Assembly (NCBI GenBank): GCA_964187785.1
Contig: OZ076409.1
Span: forward strand, 17,238,001 to 17,302,000
Length of the DNA stretch: 64,000 bases
Reading direction: 5' to 3'
Source of the DNA: Amphiscolops sp. MND2022
Taxonomy: Eukaryota
The position numbers and the translations under genes are program-made. Shown here one piece after another: positions 26,780-37,773 of this stretch (the stretch's first letter is position 1; each line of letters begins with the position of its first letter). Below the pieces are notes generated by a model. It saw only the letters and a program-made list of their open reading frames with translations, ran no database searches and had not been told where the DNA came from.

Positions 26780-27421
26780 GTTTCCGTCATTGCTTTTTGT
26801 TCAACGTCTTCAATTGCTGTTTTTCTGCGAATTGTAAATTTGAATTGTTATTGATCTAAATTGGGATTTCCTTGTACTTGATGTTATTTGTTTTAGGAAT
26901 TGAAATTTTGTCTTATTAATTTAGCTACCGTTTATCAGTCTCAAGGTTTTAGTCTCGACTTTAGTGATGAGATTATAATCAGAATTAATATCAGAAACAA
27001 GTGTGTACTTGGTATTTGACTAGCATGACGTTTTAAAAATTGTCTCTAAGTATTCGTTACAAGTGAAAAATTCTACATGCTATTGAGTATCAGGCCAAGT
27101 TGAAATCTAGACGAAAATCCAGGTTAAAATCTCCTTAATTGGGGAATTGTGATAAGCTACGTTCACATACAGATAGTGCCCTAAATGCAGGAGCAAAGCA
27201 GCGGAGCGATGTGCCACTACTAGTCCGACCTGGAAGGAGAAAGCCCGAGACATACTAATGTTTTTGCATTTTAGATTTTAACCTCGATTTTCGACTAGAT
27301 TTCAACGTATAATTTTAACCATTGAGATTTTGACATGTAACCATGTATGCGTCCATGAAGTATGTGAAAGGTTCGTTTGCAAAGATTTTTCATATCCTTC
27401 ATCGATTTCAGATGAAAGATA

Positions 27422-30400
27422 ATGTTGACAGCATCAGTGAACTTCAATCGAGATCCGATCTTTTTGGCTGGTGAAACCATTCAAGTCGAGGTCGTGTTAG
27501 AGAACACTTCTCCTGGCGACAGTGAGTCCCTTGCTATATGCACGGGCCAACTCAGCTGCCGATGTGCTGTTAACGGTAACAAGGTCAGCAAAGATGTGAT
27601 CGAAAGCCAGTCTGCTCATTTGTTCAGTTCTACTTCATCCAGCAAATCAAAAGCCAACTACGAAATAGGATCTAACACTGCCTTCAATATAGCACAGGTT
27701 GATACTATTTGACTATTTTATGCTCCTAGTTTAGATGTATCGCTGTGAGTTTAGTTCTCAGCTCTAGGTAATATTCTTGTTTTATAAACATTTGCCGTAG
27801 TTTTAAAGCCCAGCGTTGACGTTTTTTTAAAGTTTAGTTTCATTGTTGGTAGATAATATCATTAGAAAAGGGTTCCTTCGTTTCAGGGCGAGAAAGGCTA
27901 CAATGTGTTTTGCACTGACCCTGAGATCATTTTCTGTGACTTGAGGCTGTTGCCCCAGGAAAGCACTACATTCTCGTTTGCAGTGAGAATACCCTTATCT
28001 TCCCATCTTATAGCTCCTTCCTTTTCTGGAAGCTTCGTCCGATTCACCTACAGATTAGTGTTTGGTTTCCAACGTGTGGGTCTGCCCGTGCAGTTGCTCA
28101 AATGTCCAATCAGAGTCCTTGTTTTATGTGACAAAACCCACGGTGAATCTATTGCATCCATATCTGAGTTAATGCCTCGTTCTCCTGTTGGTAAGCTTTG
28201 TTCGTTTTTATTGTAGTTTGCTGCTATTATCAGTTAATAAATAGATTATGTGCCCGTAAGAATTCTAGATCGGTTCTTTTTTGTCGGCGCTTTTTTGAGA
28301 AAAGAGTCGAGTATAGTTATGGCTTTTCGTCAGTATTTTTTCGATACACCTGAAGTGACCAAAATAGTTCTACAAAATTTTAAATTGTATCTGTTGATCC
28401 AGGCAACTGCACCAAAAAGTTTTGTGACAGAATGGATGTTGAAAATCCCAAAGGGTTTCCCTTTCAGTTTTCTCAGCATTGTGAGACTACATTAGAAAAA
28501 TTCACCAAAGGGTCCCTTCAATTTTTTGATGATTTGCGACAGAATGGATGAAAATTCTCAAAGCGGCTTCCTTGGCGCGCCAATTCGGCCCAACTTGAGG
28601 GTTTTTCGGGTGCTGTAGAAGAGAATACTTTCCCGGCTTGTTATATGGTGTCGAAGTTTTCTTGTGTATTCCCAATAGTGTTCAAACAGCAATTATTGAA
28701 ATGGATCATCAGTTTCTTCATTGCTTTCGGTCACAACCCAATCAAAACTCGGACGCTACTAGATATTTAGTCGCCTAGAAGCAGTCTGCAACGAGTTTGG
28801 GGTAGAGTAACTTCAAATTGGAGGTTCAGGTAGTTCAAATGTACTCTAGTTGAAATGTTTTATATGCTACGATTGAAAAATATTTATAGGCGACATGATC
28901 ATGATCATCTTTCCGAGTGGTTCATAAATCTTCGTTTGTATAATAGAAAACCATCGTTTGTGGAATTTCAGTGATTATTTCAGTCTGAGTATGTCCCTTT
29001 CGAAGGAGAAGCTCCGAAACTGAGCCGGATTTTTGCTTTTTTCTACTGTTTGTGGATGTTTGCGTCAACTTCCGCCCAGCCTAGGTCTTCAATTTGGTCT
29101 TTCATTGCTTCTCTTTTTTCCTGCTGTAATCCTTCAGTACCCCTGGGTTCCTCAAGTGCTCTGTCTGACTCTTGCTCCGCCACCTTAGCTGTTGCAGTAC
29201 CGCGGGGAGGGGGTTACGTTGATAACCACCTGTTCTAGTTGGTGGTCTGAGAACGATCCTTCCGCGAGCTCATTTACTTTTTACTAGCCACGTCATCTGG
29301 TTCATTTTGTGATAAATCTATCCAGCTCGTGTCATTTCTGGTTTCTGTGATAACATGTTCCACGATTCATCTGACACCTGGTGGCGTCTTCTCCCAGTTG
29401 ATCTCTTCGGCCATGACCAAAGCAAGAGGAGGCTATTTCATCCCCTGTTCCAATAATGGAATTGTGATCTCTCCCAGTCAGAAGCCACTTTTTGGTAGTA
29501 CCCCGGGTCATTTTCTCAAGTTTTCTGTGCGTGTCTCTGTTGTTGATTTGCGTCACCATAATGGTTGATATGGTGCCACGAAACGAATGTTCATGACTTC
29601 GATTGCAGTTACTCTGTTTCCGGTCCACTTCTCCTGACCTTCACTGATCCTCGTTTGTTTCCTCCATGCTCGGCACAGAGTAATGGCACTTTGTCTTCCG
29701 TGTGGCACCCGAAGTTCTCAATATTTTAGATGGGGAAAATTGCCGCCAAAAAGAAGAAAAGACATCAAAGGAAAAAGACCATTGTTTGCAAAATCAATTA
29801 AGTCAAATCGGTGAAACAATTTGAAACAAAATTGGTGACCAGTGGTGTGTATCAATTTCCACCGGTGACGACCGATGGAACATTCGGTGGCCACCGGTGG
29901 GATCAAAATTTTTCCACCGTTGGGACTCCGGTGGATCATCGGTGACCACCGGTGGACTGCGATTGGTTTCCATCCCGGGTGTCCTAGCTTCAAACCTCTG
30001 CGAAATTTTTGCTGCCAAATTGCTTTCGATTATCATCTTTTTTTTGCTGATGGCTTTGTTTTCGTTTTATAAAAGGCTTGAGACATTTATTTACTCGGAA
30101 CCACCGACCCCTGCACTCCGATTTGTCTTTATTTGGAGCATCCGAACTACTGGTAGACTTCCAACGAGCATAGCATGAAGTATAAACCCGCAACAGTGCT
30201 GACAACCCCGTGTTGGACTTTGACTTCCAGGCGTTAAAGACTGACATTGATAACACAGTGATAGACTTGGTCAACTTGTTTCTCAAACTCAACGTTAAGA
30301 TGAGATATACCGGAAACAATTTGATGCATAGTCAGGTTCAGAACGTATAAATTTCTTTGAACGGAACACGTGTATCTTCATCAAACAATTTGTCCCCACA

Positions 30401-33400
30401 AGGCATTGGTCGAAGCAGAACTGTCGCATAACGCTTCTTGTAAAGAGAACTGGTTGCGTTGCCAGTACTATCAGTTCGAAAATAATCTGGGCGATGTTGC
30501 AGATGGTTAATCGTTTTCCAACCGTGAAAAGCTTGGTGAAAAACTTACGTCAAAGTAGAGCTTATATGGGCGGCTTGTTGATAGTTTCCTAGCAGACAAC
30601 CACATTCTTTCTGTCTTGCGTTGAGGTACGAATCAAACTATACCGAGCTCCAGATCAGTTTGTTACACAGCGATACTTCGAAAGACTCACAATGGCCTTT
30701 GAGTTTCAGTTTTCAATTCAGAATTTTCAGTGCCTCGCGACTTGTACACATGCTAGAGCTGAGGAACGAAACTTATTGACAACTGAATGAATATTGTCGA
30801 GGAAATCAGCTCATCATGATTTTCGGGAAACAGTTCCAAAATCATTCCTTATTTTTTTGCAGTACCCATTATTAAAGATGACTTTTTTAATGGTGCCCCA
30901 TCTGTCGAATCGTTTTGTTCGTGGTTTCCGGAACAAGTTCCAGTAGAAATTTTTGGACGAATCCTTTCCATTTCCAACAATTAGATATTGAAGTTGTTCG
31001 CTTAATCCGAGAAAGCGCATTTTGTCGCAACGCCGATGAACTTGAACGAACATTCGGGTCGATCACACTATAACACGCTCGAATCTTTAGGATTTGGGAT
31101 GAATATGAAATAACCTTAGACAACTTTGACAATCATTTCTGTCTCGTGTTCAAACTCGCTGCAAATTATCATATAGAAGACGAGACAGTTCTACGAGAAC
31201 TCACTGGCGCACGACTGGTGTGGAGCTCGAGTTTTCGAAAGCTGTGGCAAAACCAATTCGTCTCATTCCGTTGGGTGAGAGGCGTTCTGTGGTGCTGATT
31301 GATCGCAATCAAGAAGTTTTCGAAACTTCGAGCATTCACAATGGCTGACAACACCCAATTAACTGACATAATCAGCAGAGACCGTTGCTGAAATTCAACT
31401 TCCAAGAAAGTTTTTCACGTGACACCTTCCTCAAATAATCGCAACATCAGTTTATTGTTAATTTCGACTCTTTTAACCAAGCAGGGGAGCCTTGGCTACT
31501 TTTAGCTTCCAAAACGACAGTTTTGCTCTATGACAGCTTCGGTCGAGATGTTGAGCAGTTCTTCGGTGTAATATGGATGGTGGAGAATGGACAAAGTCGA
31601 CCAAACAAACAATTCATTAATGTAAACCATCTCACAACCATGTTACAACCAGTTGAAATGTAAACCATGTTACAACCAGTTGAAAGTCAAATCTTTTTCC
31701 TACACTCGATTTATGTTTCTCACTTTTCATAGGACTATGGAGTCATTGGAAGCAAATCAAAGTTTATTAGATTTTTTCCCCTTCCCAGCTTCTAATAATT
31801 AAGTAAGTGAATTAATATTTGTTTGTCAACTACTTGGTGCAACCTTCAGTTGTTTTTTAGGGTTTTTCTATTGATTGAATTGTACGTATTCCTTGTTCTT
31901 GTGCCCCTCGTGTAGGGCAGCTTTGTCGGAAGGGTTGCTGTCTCAGAGTCAGCTGCCAGTACTGGCAACGTCGCTTTCCAGTAATAATAACATTGCCAAC
32001 CACGCTGCTACGTTGGGCGCCTTACTGCAATTATGAACAGGTTGCCAGCAACAACAGCTCGTTTCTCCACCTTTTTTTGCTCTCCGAGATAGCTGTCTCT
32101 CCGCCCATCGTCGTGGAGAGCCCCTCAACTTCCCCTGTTGCAGCTGATCCTTCGTCTTCAAGAAGGCGGGAAGTGCAGTTTTCACAGTCGGAAGTGAGGA
32201 CTGCTGCAGTTAGCGGTGTGATTTCGGTAGTAGCTAGCCCGTTGGATTAAAGCTTGTTTGCAGAGTGCTCAAACCTGGAAAGAATATGCGAAACACTTCG
32301 AGTTGAATTCTCCCAACAGAAAAAGGTGGCGTTGGGAGGCAGATTTTTCTACTGTCCAAAAACACGCTGTTTTCCGCACTCCGTATATGTTACATCGTAG
32401 TACCCTTTTCGGATTTGGATTGGGGGTTCTTGTGTTTATTCTGTCTCGCTGTCTCTGTTTCTGCGTCTATGAATGAAGCCTTCGCTTGCCACTGCGAGAC
32501 ATTGCTAACCAGATGGGAGAGTATTCAAAGTAGCTACTCTGAAGTTTTTTGTCTCTTTCGCTTGCAGAAGCTAGCTGTATTCAATCCAGGGTGTAACTGT
32601 ACTAAGCATTGGATAAGCTGTGAAGGTTTTCATCGACTTAGAAATGTATGAGAGTCTTTAGAGCTGCACCTAATTAAAATATTTCTTTTCTTCAGATACC
32701 GCCAAATCTCCTGGTTTCGCTAACAACCCTTTCGTGAGCAGTGTAGACGTTGAAATTAGCGGTCATCGCTTGACGGCGAAAGAGCGGGAGGACAATTTGA
32801 TAGAAGAATTGGAACTAGTGATGCAAACACTCGCCTGTAAACGCAACCTCAATGGAAGGTCTACGCCCGTAGCCTACAGTGTGCGGCAAGAACAAATTGA
32901 AATAGCAAAGTTCTCCCTGTCCAAGAACTGCTTCAGGATTGGCGAAGAAATTAATGGTTAGTAAAATATTAAAATATTTGCTTAAATTACTCCATTTTTG
33001 CTGTCCTGTTGATTTCCGTTACAGCATAGGAAAGAAAAAATTAAGGAAATGAAAGCAAACAGTGAGGTATTTCTTTCTGAAAATGGTATTTCCTGTATAT
33101 GGGCTGACCGGTAATGTCTGTGGGCTCGGAAAAATTCCGGTGATCATACGTTTTGTCTCAAAAAATTTGCTCTGAAGATGTGATTGTAATCTAAATGCTT
33201 CCAATTATTTTGAAACGATTTGTTGAGTTTTCAGAAGAAATCGATTGTTTCACCAAATGTGCTTTTTCGTTTATTCAAATGTGCTTATGCAATTGAATAC
33301 GACTGTTAATGTCTTTTGTTTACAGGAATATTTGACTTCAACGAATTCCCAAAGTACTGCCTCCAATACACTGTTACTTTGCAATGTGAGGAAAAACTGA

Positions 33401-33795
33401 CGGATGCTTTTAAAATTGAAACATCGGCATCTGGCACTCAAATACATATCTTCGGCTCCAAATGCGATTACGTAGCAGACGTTTGTCAAACTGAGCTGTC
33501 AATTCCCATTCCACATTCCGTGTGTCCTTCATTTTCCACAGACATGGTCAGTCTGCTGTGGAGTCTGCAGTTTTCTTTTGTGATTGCGACAGAAAGTCAC
33601 CCAGACATTGCCAGTAAATTCACCAACACTTCATTCGATGATGAGAACGATGATCAGATTGTGAATTACAAAAGACCAACTAATTACGAAACCTTTTCTT
33701 GGTCTCTGCCTATCACTGTTTTGCCCAACAGTCCCTTCAAACTACAAAACAGCTCTTCGGCTTTGAAGAGAAACCATTTCTTAATTCTGCAATAA
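27422..33795 (+). CDS. RGP1: RGP1 (RAB6 GEF complex partner), ~436 aa; exons 27422-27697, 27887-28190, 32696-32956, 33326-33795
   Basis: IFLAGETIQV, GEKGYNVFCTDPEIIFCDLRL, PSFSGSFVRFTYRL, FRIGEEINGIFDF, CLQYTVTLQCEE, PSFSTDMVSLLWSLQFSFV, ETFSWSLPITVLP; canonical GT-AG sites, phases consistent. Confidence 0.88.
28277..28642 (+). mobile_element. Family A HINE-like copy, 3'-deleted
   Basis: ttgtcggcgc start, aagggtccc core, tcccggcttgtt end. Confidence 0.65.
29830..29980. repeat. GC-rich palindromic minisatellite (CCACCGGTGG / GGTGACCACCGG units)
   Basis: Repeated ccaccggtg variants in both orientations. Confidence 0.6.
30050..31315 (+). pseudogene. Decayed Polinton/Maverick (adintovirus-like) major capsid protein gene inside RGP1 intron 2
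   Basis: Fragmented translation LHSDLSLF...VIDLVNLFLKLNVKM...NNLMHSQVQNV*ISLNGTRVSSSNNL...LYGRLVDSFL...VEVRIKLYRAPDQF...PFHFQQLDI...FCLVFKL follows Polinton capsid motif order as recalled; contains stops and frameshifts. Confidence 0.75.
31341..31860 (+). pseudogene. Decayed adenain-like cysteine protease of the same Polinton remnant
   Basis: FIVNFDSFNQAGEPWL (cf. IVNTD...GxHW), LYDSFG (cf. FDSxG), LQPVES; frameshifted, with a 27-bp-period duplication at 31636-31685. Confidence 0.7.
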
Positions 33796-34197
33796 ATAGA
33801 ATCTTGCATTTTCAAATGCAGTTTTTGGTGCTTTTTGAAGTTCTTTAAACATTATCAAGTATTTAGATTTGAAATATGCTGGTTGCAATAAATAAATTCA
33901 ATAAAGATAATCAAAGATATGTTCTTTCGAATATCGTAGTCACTGTGTAGATTGGTTTTCGCTAACATAGTTTTCGATTAAGTCAGATCGAAACACATCA
34001 AGGCGTACTTTATTCAGCCGTGAAAAACCAATACTGAGTGAACATTTTGAGAAAACAAGTAGAGGAAATGTGTTCTAAAAATCGAAGGTACACACCGCTT
34101 CGTGTTGATTTAATTTTCTATATTAGATAATAAAGGAAAACTGGTTTTCGTTTTCCATGCAGCCTCGGTTTCTGACGTTTCAAGACCCTTTCAGGTC

Positions 34198-35095
34198 ATG
34201 GATGTTGCAAGTAGCTCCAAAAGTGTCAGCTTCATGGACGTTGACAAGACTGCGCCAGTAGCCAAGGCGCCTCCCGAAATGAAGGCAATCGCTCCAGAAA
34301 AGTCGAAATTTTCAAAATCATCCAAAAAACAGCAGCAGCAGTATCGGTCTCTCCGTGTTCCCTCCAACCGATACACACCTTTGAAGAAGAATTGGATGAA
34401 AATTTGCAGTCCTATTGTGGAGCACCTCAAATTGGAAGTTCGATTTAACACAGAGTCTCATTGCGTGGAAATCAGAACTTGCAAAGCCACTGGTGACATA
34501 AACGCTATTCAAAAGGTAAGTTGCCCAATTTCGCCCATTAATTGGCTAAATATCTTCTGCCGGTTTTGTTCGAGTTCTTGGAAGCATGCAAGTACTGAAA
34601 TCTTCCAAGATTCTGGAAGAAGCTCATAATTTTCTGATGGTGATCCAAATACAAGTCTCTGATGGTGATACCGAGCTACTGAAACGAGGCGTTTGAAAGT
34701 TTTATTGCTTGTTACTCGCGTTTTCATTTCAGGCAGAAGATTTTGTGCAAGCATTTTTGTACGGCTTCGAAGTGGATGACGCTTTGGCGATCGTGAGATT
34801 AGACGATCTTTTCGTGGACTCTTTCGAAGTGAAAGATGCTAAGACTCTAACTGGCAATCATTTGGCTCGTGCTATCGGAAGAATAGCTGGTAAAAACGGC
34901 AAGATCAAGTACACCATCGAGAATGTTACCAGAACCCGAATTGTTGTGGCTGACTCTAAAATTCACATTCTCGGAAGTTATCAGAATATCCGCACAGCTA
35001 GAAGAGCCATTTGTAATTTGATTTTGGGAAAACCTCCATCCAAAGTTTACGGAAATATGAGAGCTGTTGCTTCAAGACTTGCAGAGAAGTTATGA
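34198..35095 (+). CDS. PNO1: PNO1/Dim2 KH-domain ribosome biogenesis factor, ~226 aa; exons 34198-34515, 34733-35095
   Basis: [87 protein letters not shown]. Confidence 0.95.
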
Positions 35096-35339
35096 GTTAT
35101 CTCAATTTTTGTCAAATGTATCTGATTTGAGCTGCGTTTTGGTTTGAAAGAGTAAAATTTAGCTTTGGATTGAGTCGAACAGTTTTTCAGGTTGTGAAAT
35201 TTAGCTATGCATGCACGAAAGAGTTACGAGAAGAGCTAACATCGTCGACACTCTTGGTACGATCGAAGCAAAAGTTTTTTTCTGAAAGAGTATCTGACAT
35301 CGTTCTTGTGTATTCGTGATATTTTAGTCGGCACAGTTT

Positions 35340-35847
35340 TATTTATGCGATAGCAGGAATATTATTGAAATCTCCAGAATTCAATTTTTTTTCAGTACGA
35401 TTTTGCCGTGATACTGGTGATACTGAAAATTCATATTATTTGTTCGGCAGTGAGTATAAGCGTCAGATTTAGGTTTCTTAAGCTGCCGACAACAATTCGT
35501 TTCTCGTGCTATGAAACGAGCGAGTGGCAATTATGCATTCGTACGCTGACGTCATTGAGATGAAGCGAGTGAATGTTCGTAATGATGCTTTCGTACGCCG
35601 AGTTATTGAGATGAAGCCAATGAGTGTTAATTATTCGTTCGCCGAGAGCTTCGCCTGCATTCAAATGCGAATACGAAACTTCGTCTACGCTTCGTACTTA
35701 TATTTTCTTTAGTCTGAGAAGAATTAAAGGCGGTGTAAACTGGTAGTGATTAATTGTGCGCTATATAAATGATTAAGCTATGCTTCTATTATTGAACATG
35801 AAAGCCTAAAAGCAGAAATAATACTGTGCCCCACATGGGCTTATTTT
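35340..35847 (+). mobile_element. Family B non-autonomous element (HINE-like)
   Basis: Shared core attgagatgaagcga subrepeats; 3' gcagaaat plus gccc...gggc hairpin then tatttt. Confidence 0.75.
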
Positions 35848-36197
35848 GACAAAATAGTGGCAAGTTTTTTTTCGTCGTATAACAATGTATGCGGACACTT
35901 TTTACAGAAACTACGAAGTCACTGGACTGGCCATTGGAAACTCATCTCATCTAAGTTAGTGCAAAGGACCGACCCGTCTTTCATTTATTCCATTTTTAAC
36001 GTAACATACTAAACTGGACGAGGCTAGAGGGTCCACATTTCAATTTTTTCTGCACTGAGACTTTCAATTTGTTTGATATTTTGCAACAAATTGGATGTTG
36101 AAAAAGCTCAAAGGGGCTCCATTTTAGAGTTTTGATACTATGGGACTGTTTCAAATTTTTCATTTTTTGCCTGAAATTAGGTTTTCTCAATATATAT

Positions 36198-37079
36198 CAG
36201 AGTTTTGACACCGCTAATTAGCGAATTAGCGGCCGAGCAAAATTTTTTCAACGATTCTATCAAATTCTAATTAGCGGCAACTAATAGATTGTACAAATTT
36301 AAAATCAGCTCGATGCATACTTTTAATAACTTTTAAAAATTTCGAAAATTTTAACGTTTACCCACACGGTATAAAAATTCCTGTTTTAGTCGGCGTTTTC
36401 GAAAATGCACGACTCTTGCAGTGGCTAGATTTTTTTTCGTCAGTTCAAGGCGATCGGTCCACTTTTTTGTTCATTTGTTCAAAATCATCAACTTGAACTA
36501 CAGACGTCCAAAACATACTCGAAACGCTAGAACCTCGTCTCCAAAACAAAAACATCGACGTCCAGAACCTCGAAAACATAGGACCCCCCTTTGGTGTTTT
36601 TCACTCTGATTTTTTTTCGGCACTATGCGACTTTTTTTTGACTTTTTTTGATTCCACCAAAGGTCTCCTCTTCGTTTGTTTCGACATTTTGCAACACAAT
36701 GGATGTCAAAAAATCCCAAAGGGTCTCCTTTTCACATTTTTCGGCACTGTGACACTTCAAAAATCTCAATTTTATTTTTTTTTCGGAAATTTTTAAAAAT
36801 CTCTCGGGTCCCCCTTTAATTTTTCATATTTTGCAACCAACTGGAGTTTCACAAAGCCCAAAGGGTCCCCCTTTTACAATTTTGAGCCTTAGATGTAGCG
36901 CCGACTTTGGCCGTTGTGGGCTTGTTTTTCTTGCAAATGAATTAAAGTATTTCTTTTTTAAACATACGTACTTGAAGTCGAACATTTAATAGTTTCAAGA
37001 AAACGTTTTTCAGCGAACTAGCGATTTTTCATCCAGCGATTTTGATATTAGCGAAAAAAATAGCGATGTCAAAACCCTG
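36198..37079. mobile_element. hAT-type MITE, same family as 22775, carrying a nested family A copy
   Basis: TIR cagagttttgacaccgcta / tagcgatgtcaaaaccctg; 8-bp TSD atatatat / atttatat. Confidence 0.8.
36384..36929 (+). mobile_element. Family A HINE-like copy nested in a hAT-type MITE
   Basis: ttttagtcggcg start; gcgccgactttggccgttgtgggcttgtt end. Confidence 0.75.
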
Positions 37080-37773
37080 ATTTATATCGACCAAAAATTC
37101 TTTCAATACTATCCAAATTTTTGACGTTATTCGACCTAAGTTGCGTTCCACTAAAGAGGAGGCGGAGGTTCGAAAATATTGTGCTATATCCGGATTATGA
37201 CGTTATATCCGAAATAAATATGTTTTACTAAGGAAGAAGTAGAAGTTCGTAAATAGCGGTAAATGTTACCGTTGGATTCCTTAGATACCGTTTTGTTCAA
37301 ATGAAAACCAAAAACCATCTCGAAAAGCCTCCGAGCAAACAAATTTTTGACCAACAGTAGTTTTTTGACAAGCAATCAGTTGTCAAGTTAACCATTTCCT
37401 GTGTCGCGTATCGTGAGCATTTCACCTCTACTTTCATTTTGTTCCTTTTTTGCCCTAGTGAGTCCTGATAGTCTATTCAAAAATTTGAGTCTTTTTTCCA
37501 TCAATTTTTATAAAGCAGAGACCGGAATTTTATAGGGAATAGTTTTTTCAGCGTATCAAAATCCTTTTTGTTCGGTTTGCTCAACTTCGTGAGTTATTCC
37601 ATGTCGTCGTGGAGCAAGTCGAAAATGCATTTAGCTTTCTTCAATTTTTTTTTCGACCCGTTAAAGACTCAAACATTGCAAAGACTTTTGAATATACCCC
37701 GGGCCGTGTTTAGGAATTTTCTAATAAATCTCTCGATTCCTTTTTAAAAGTTTTTTGGCGACTTTCAGATTTA

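Noticed and set aside
26964..27025. C box GTGATGA
   Set aside because: No CTGA D box or convincing terminal stem
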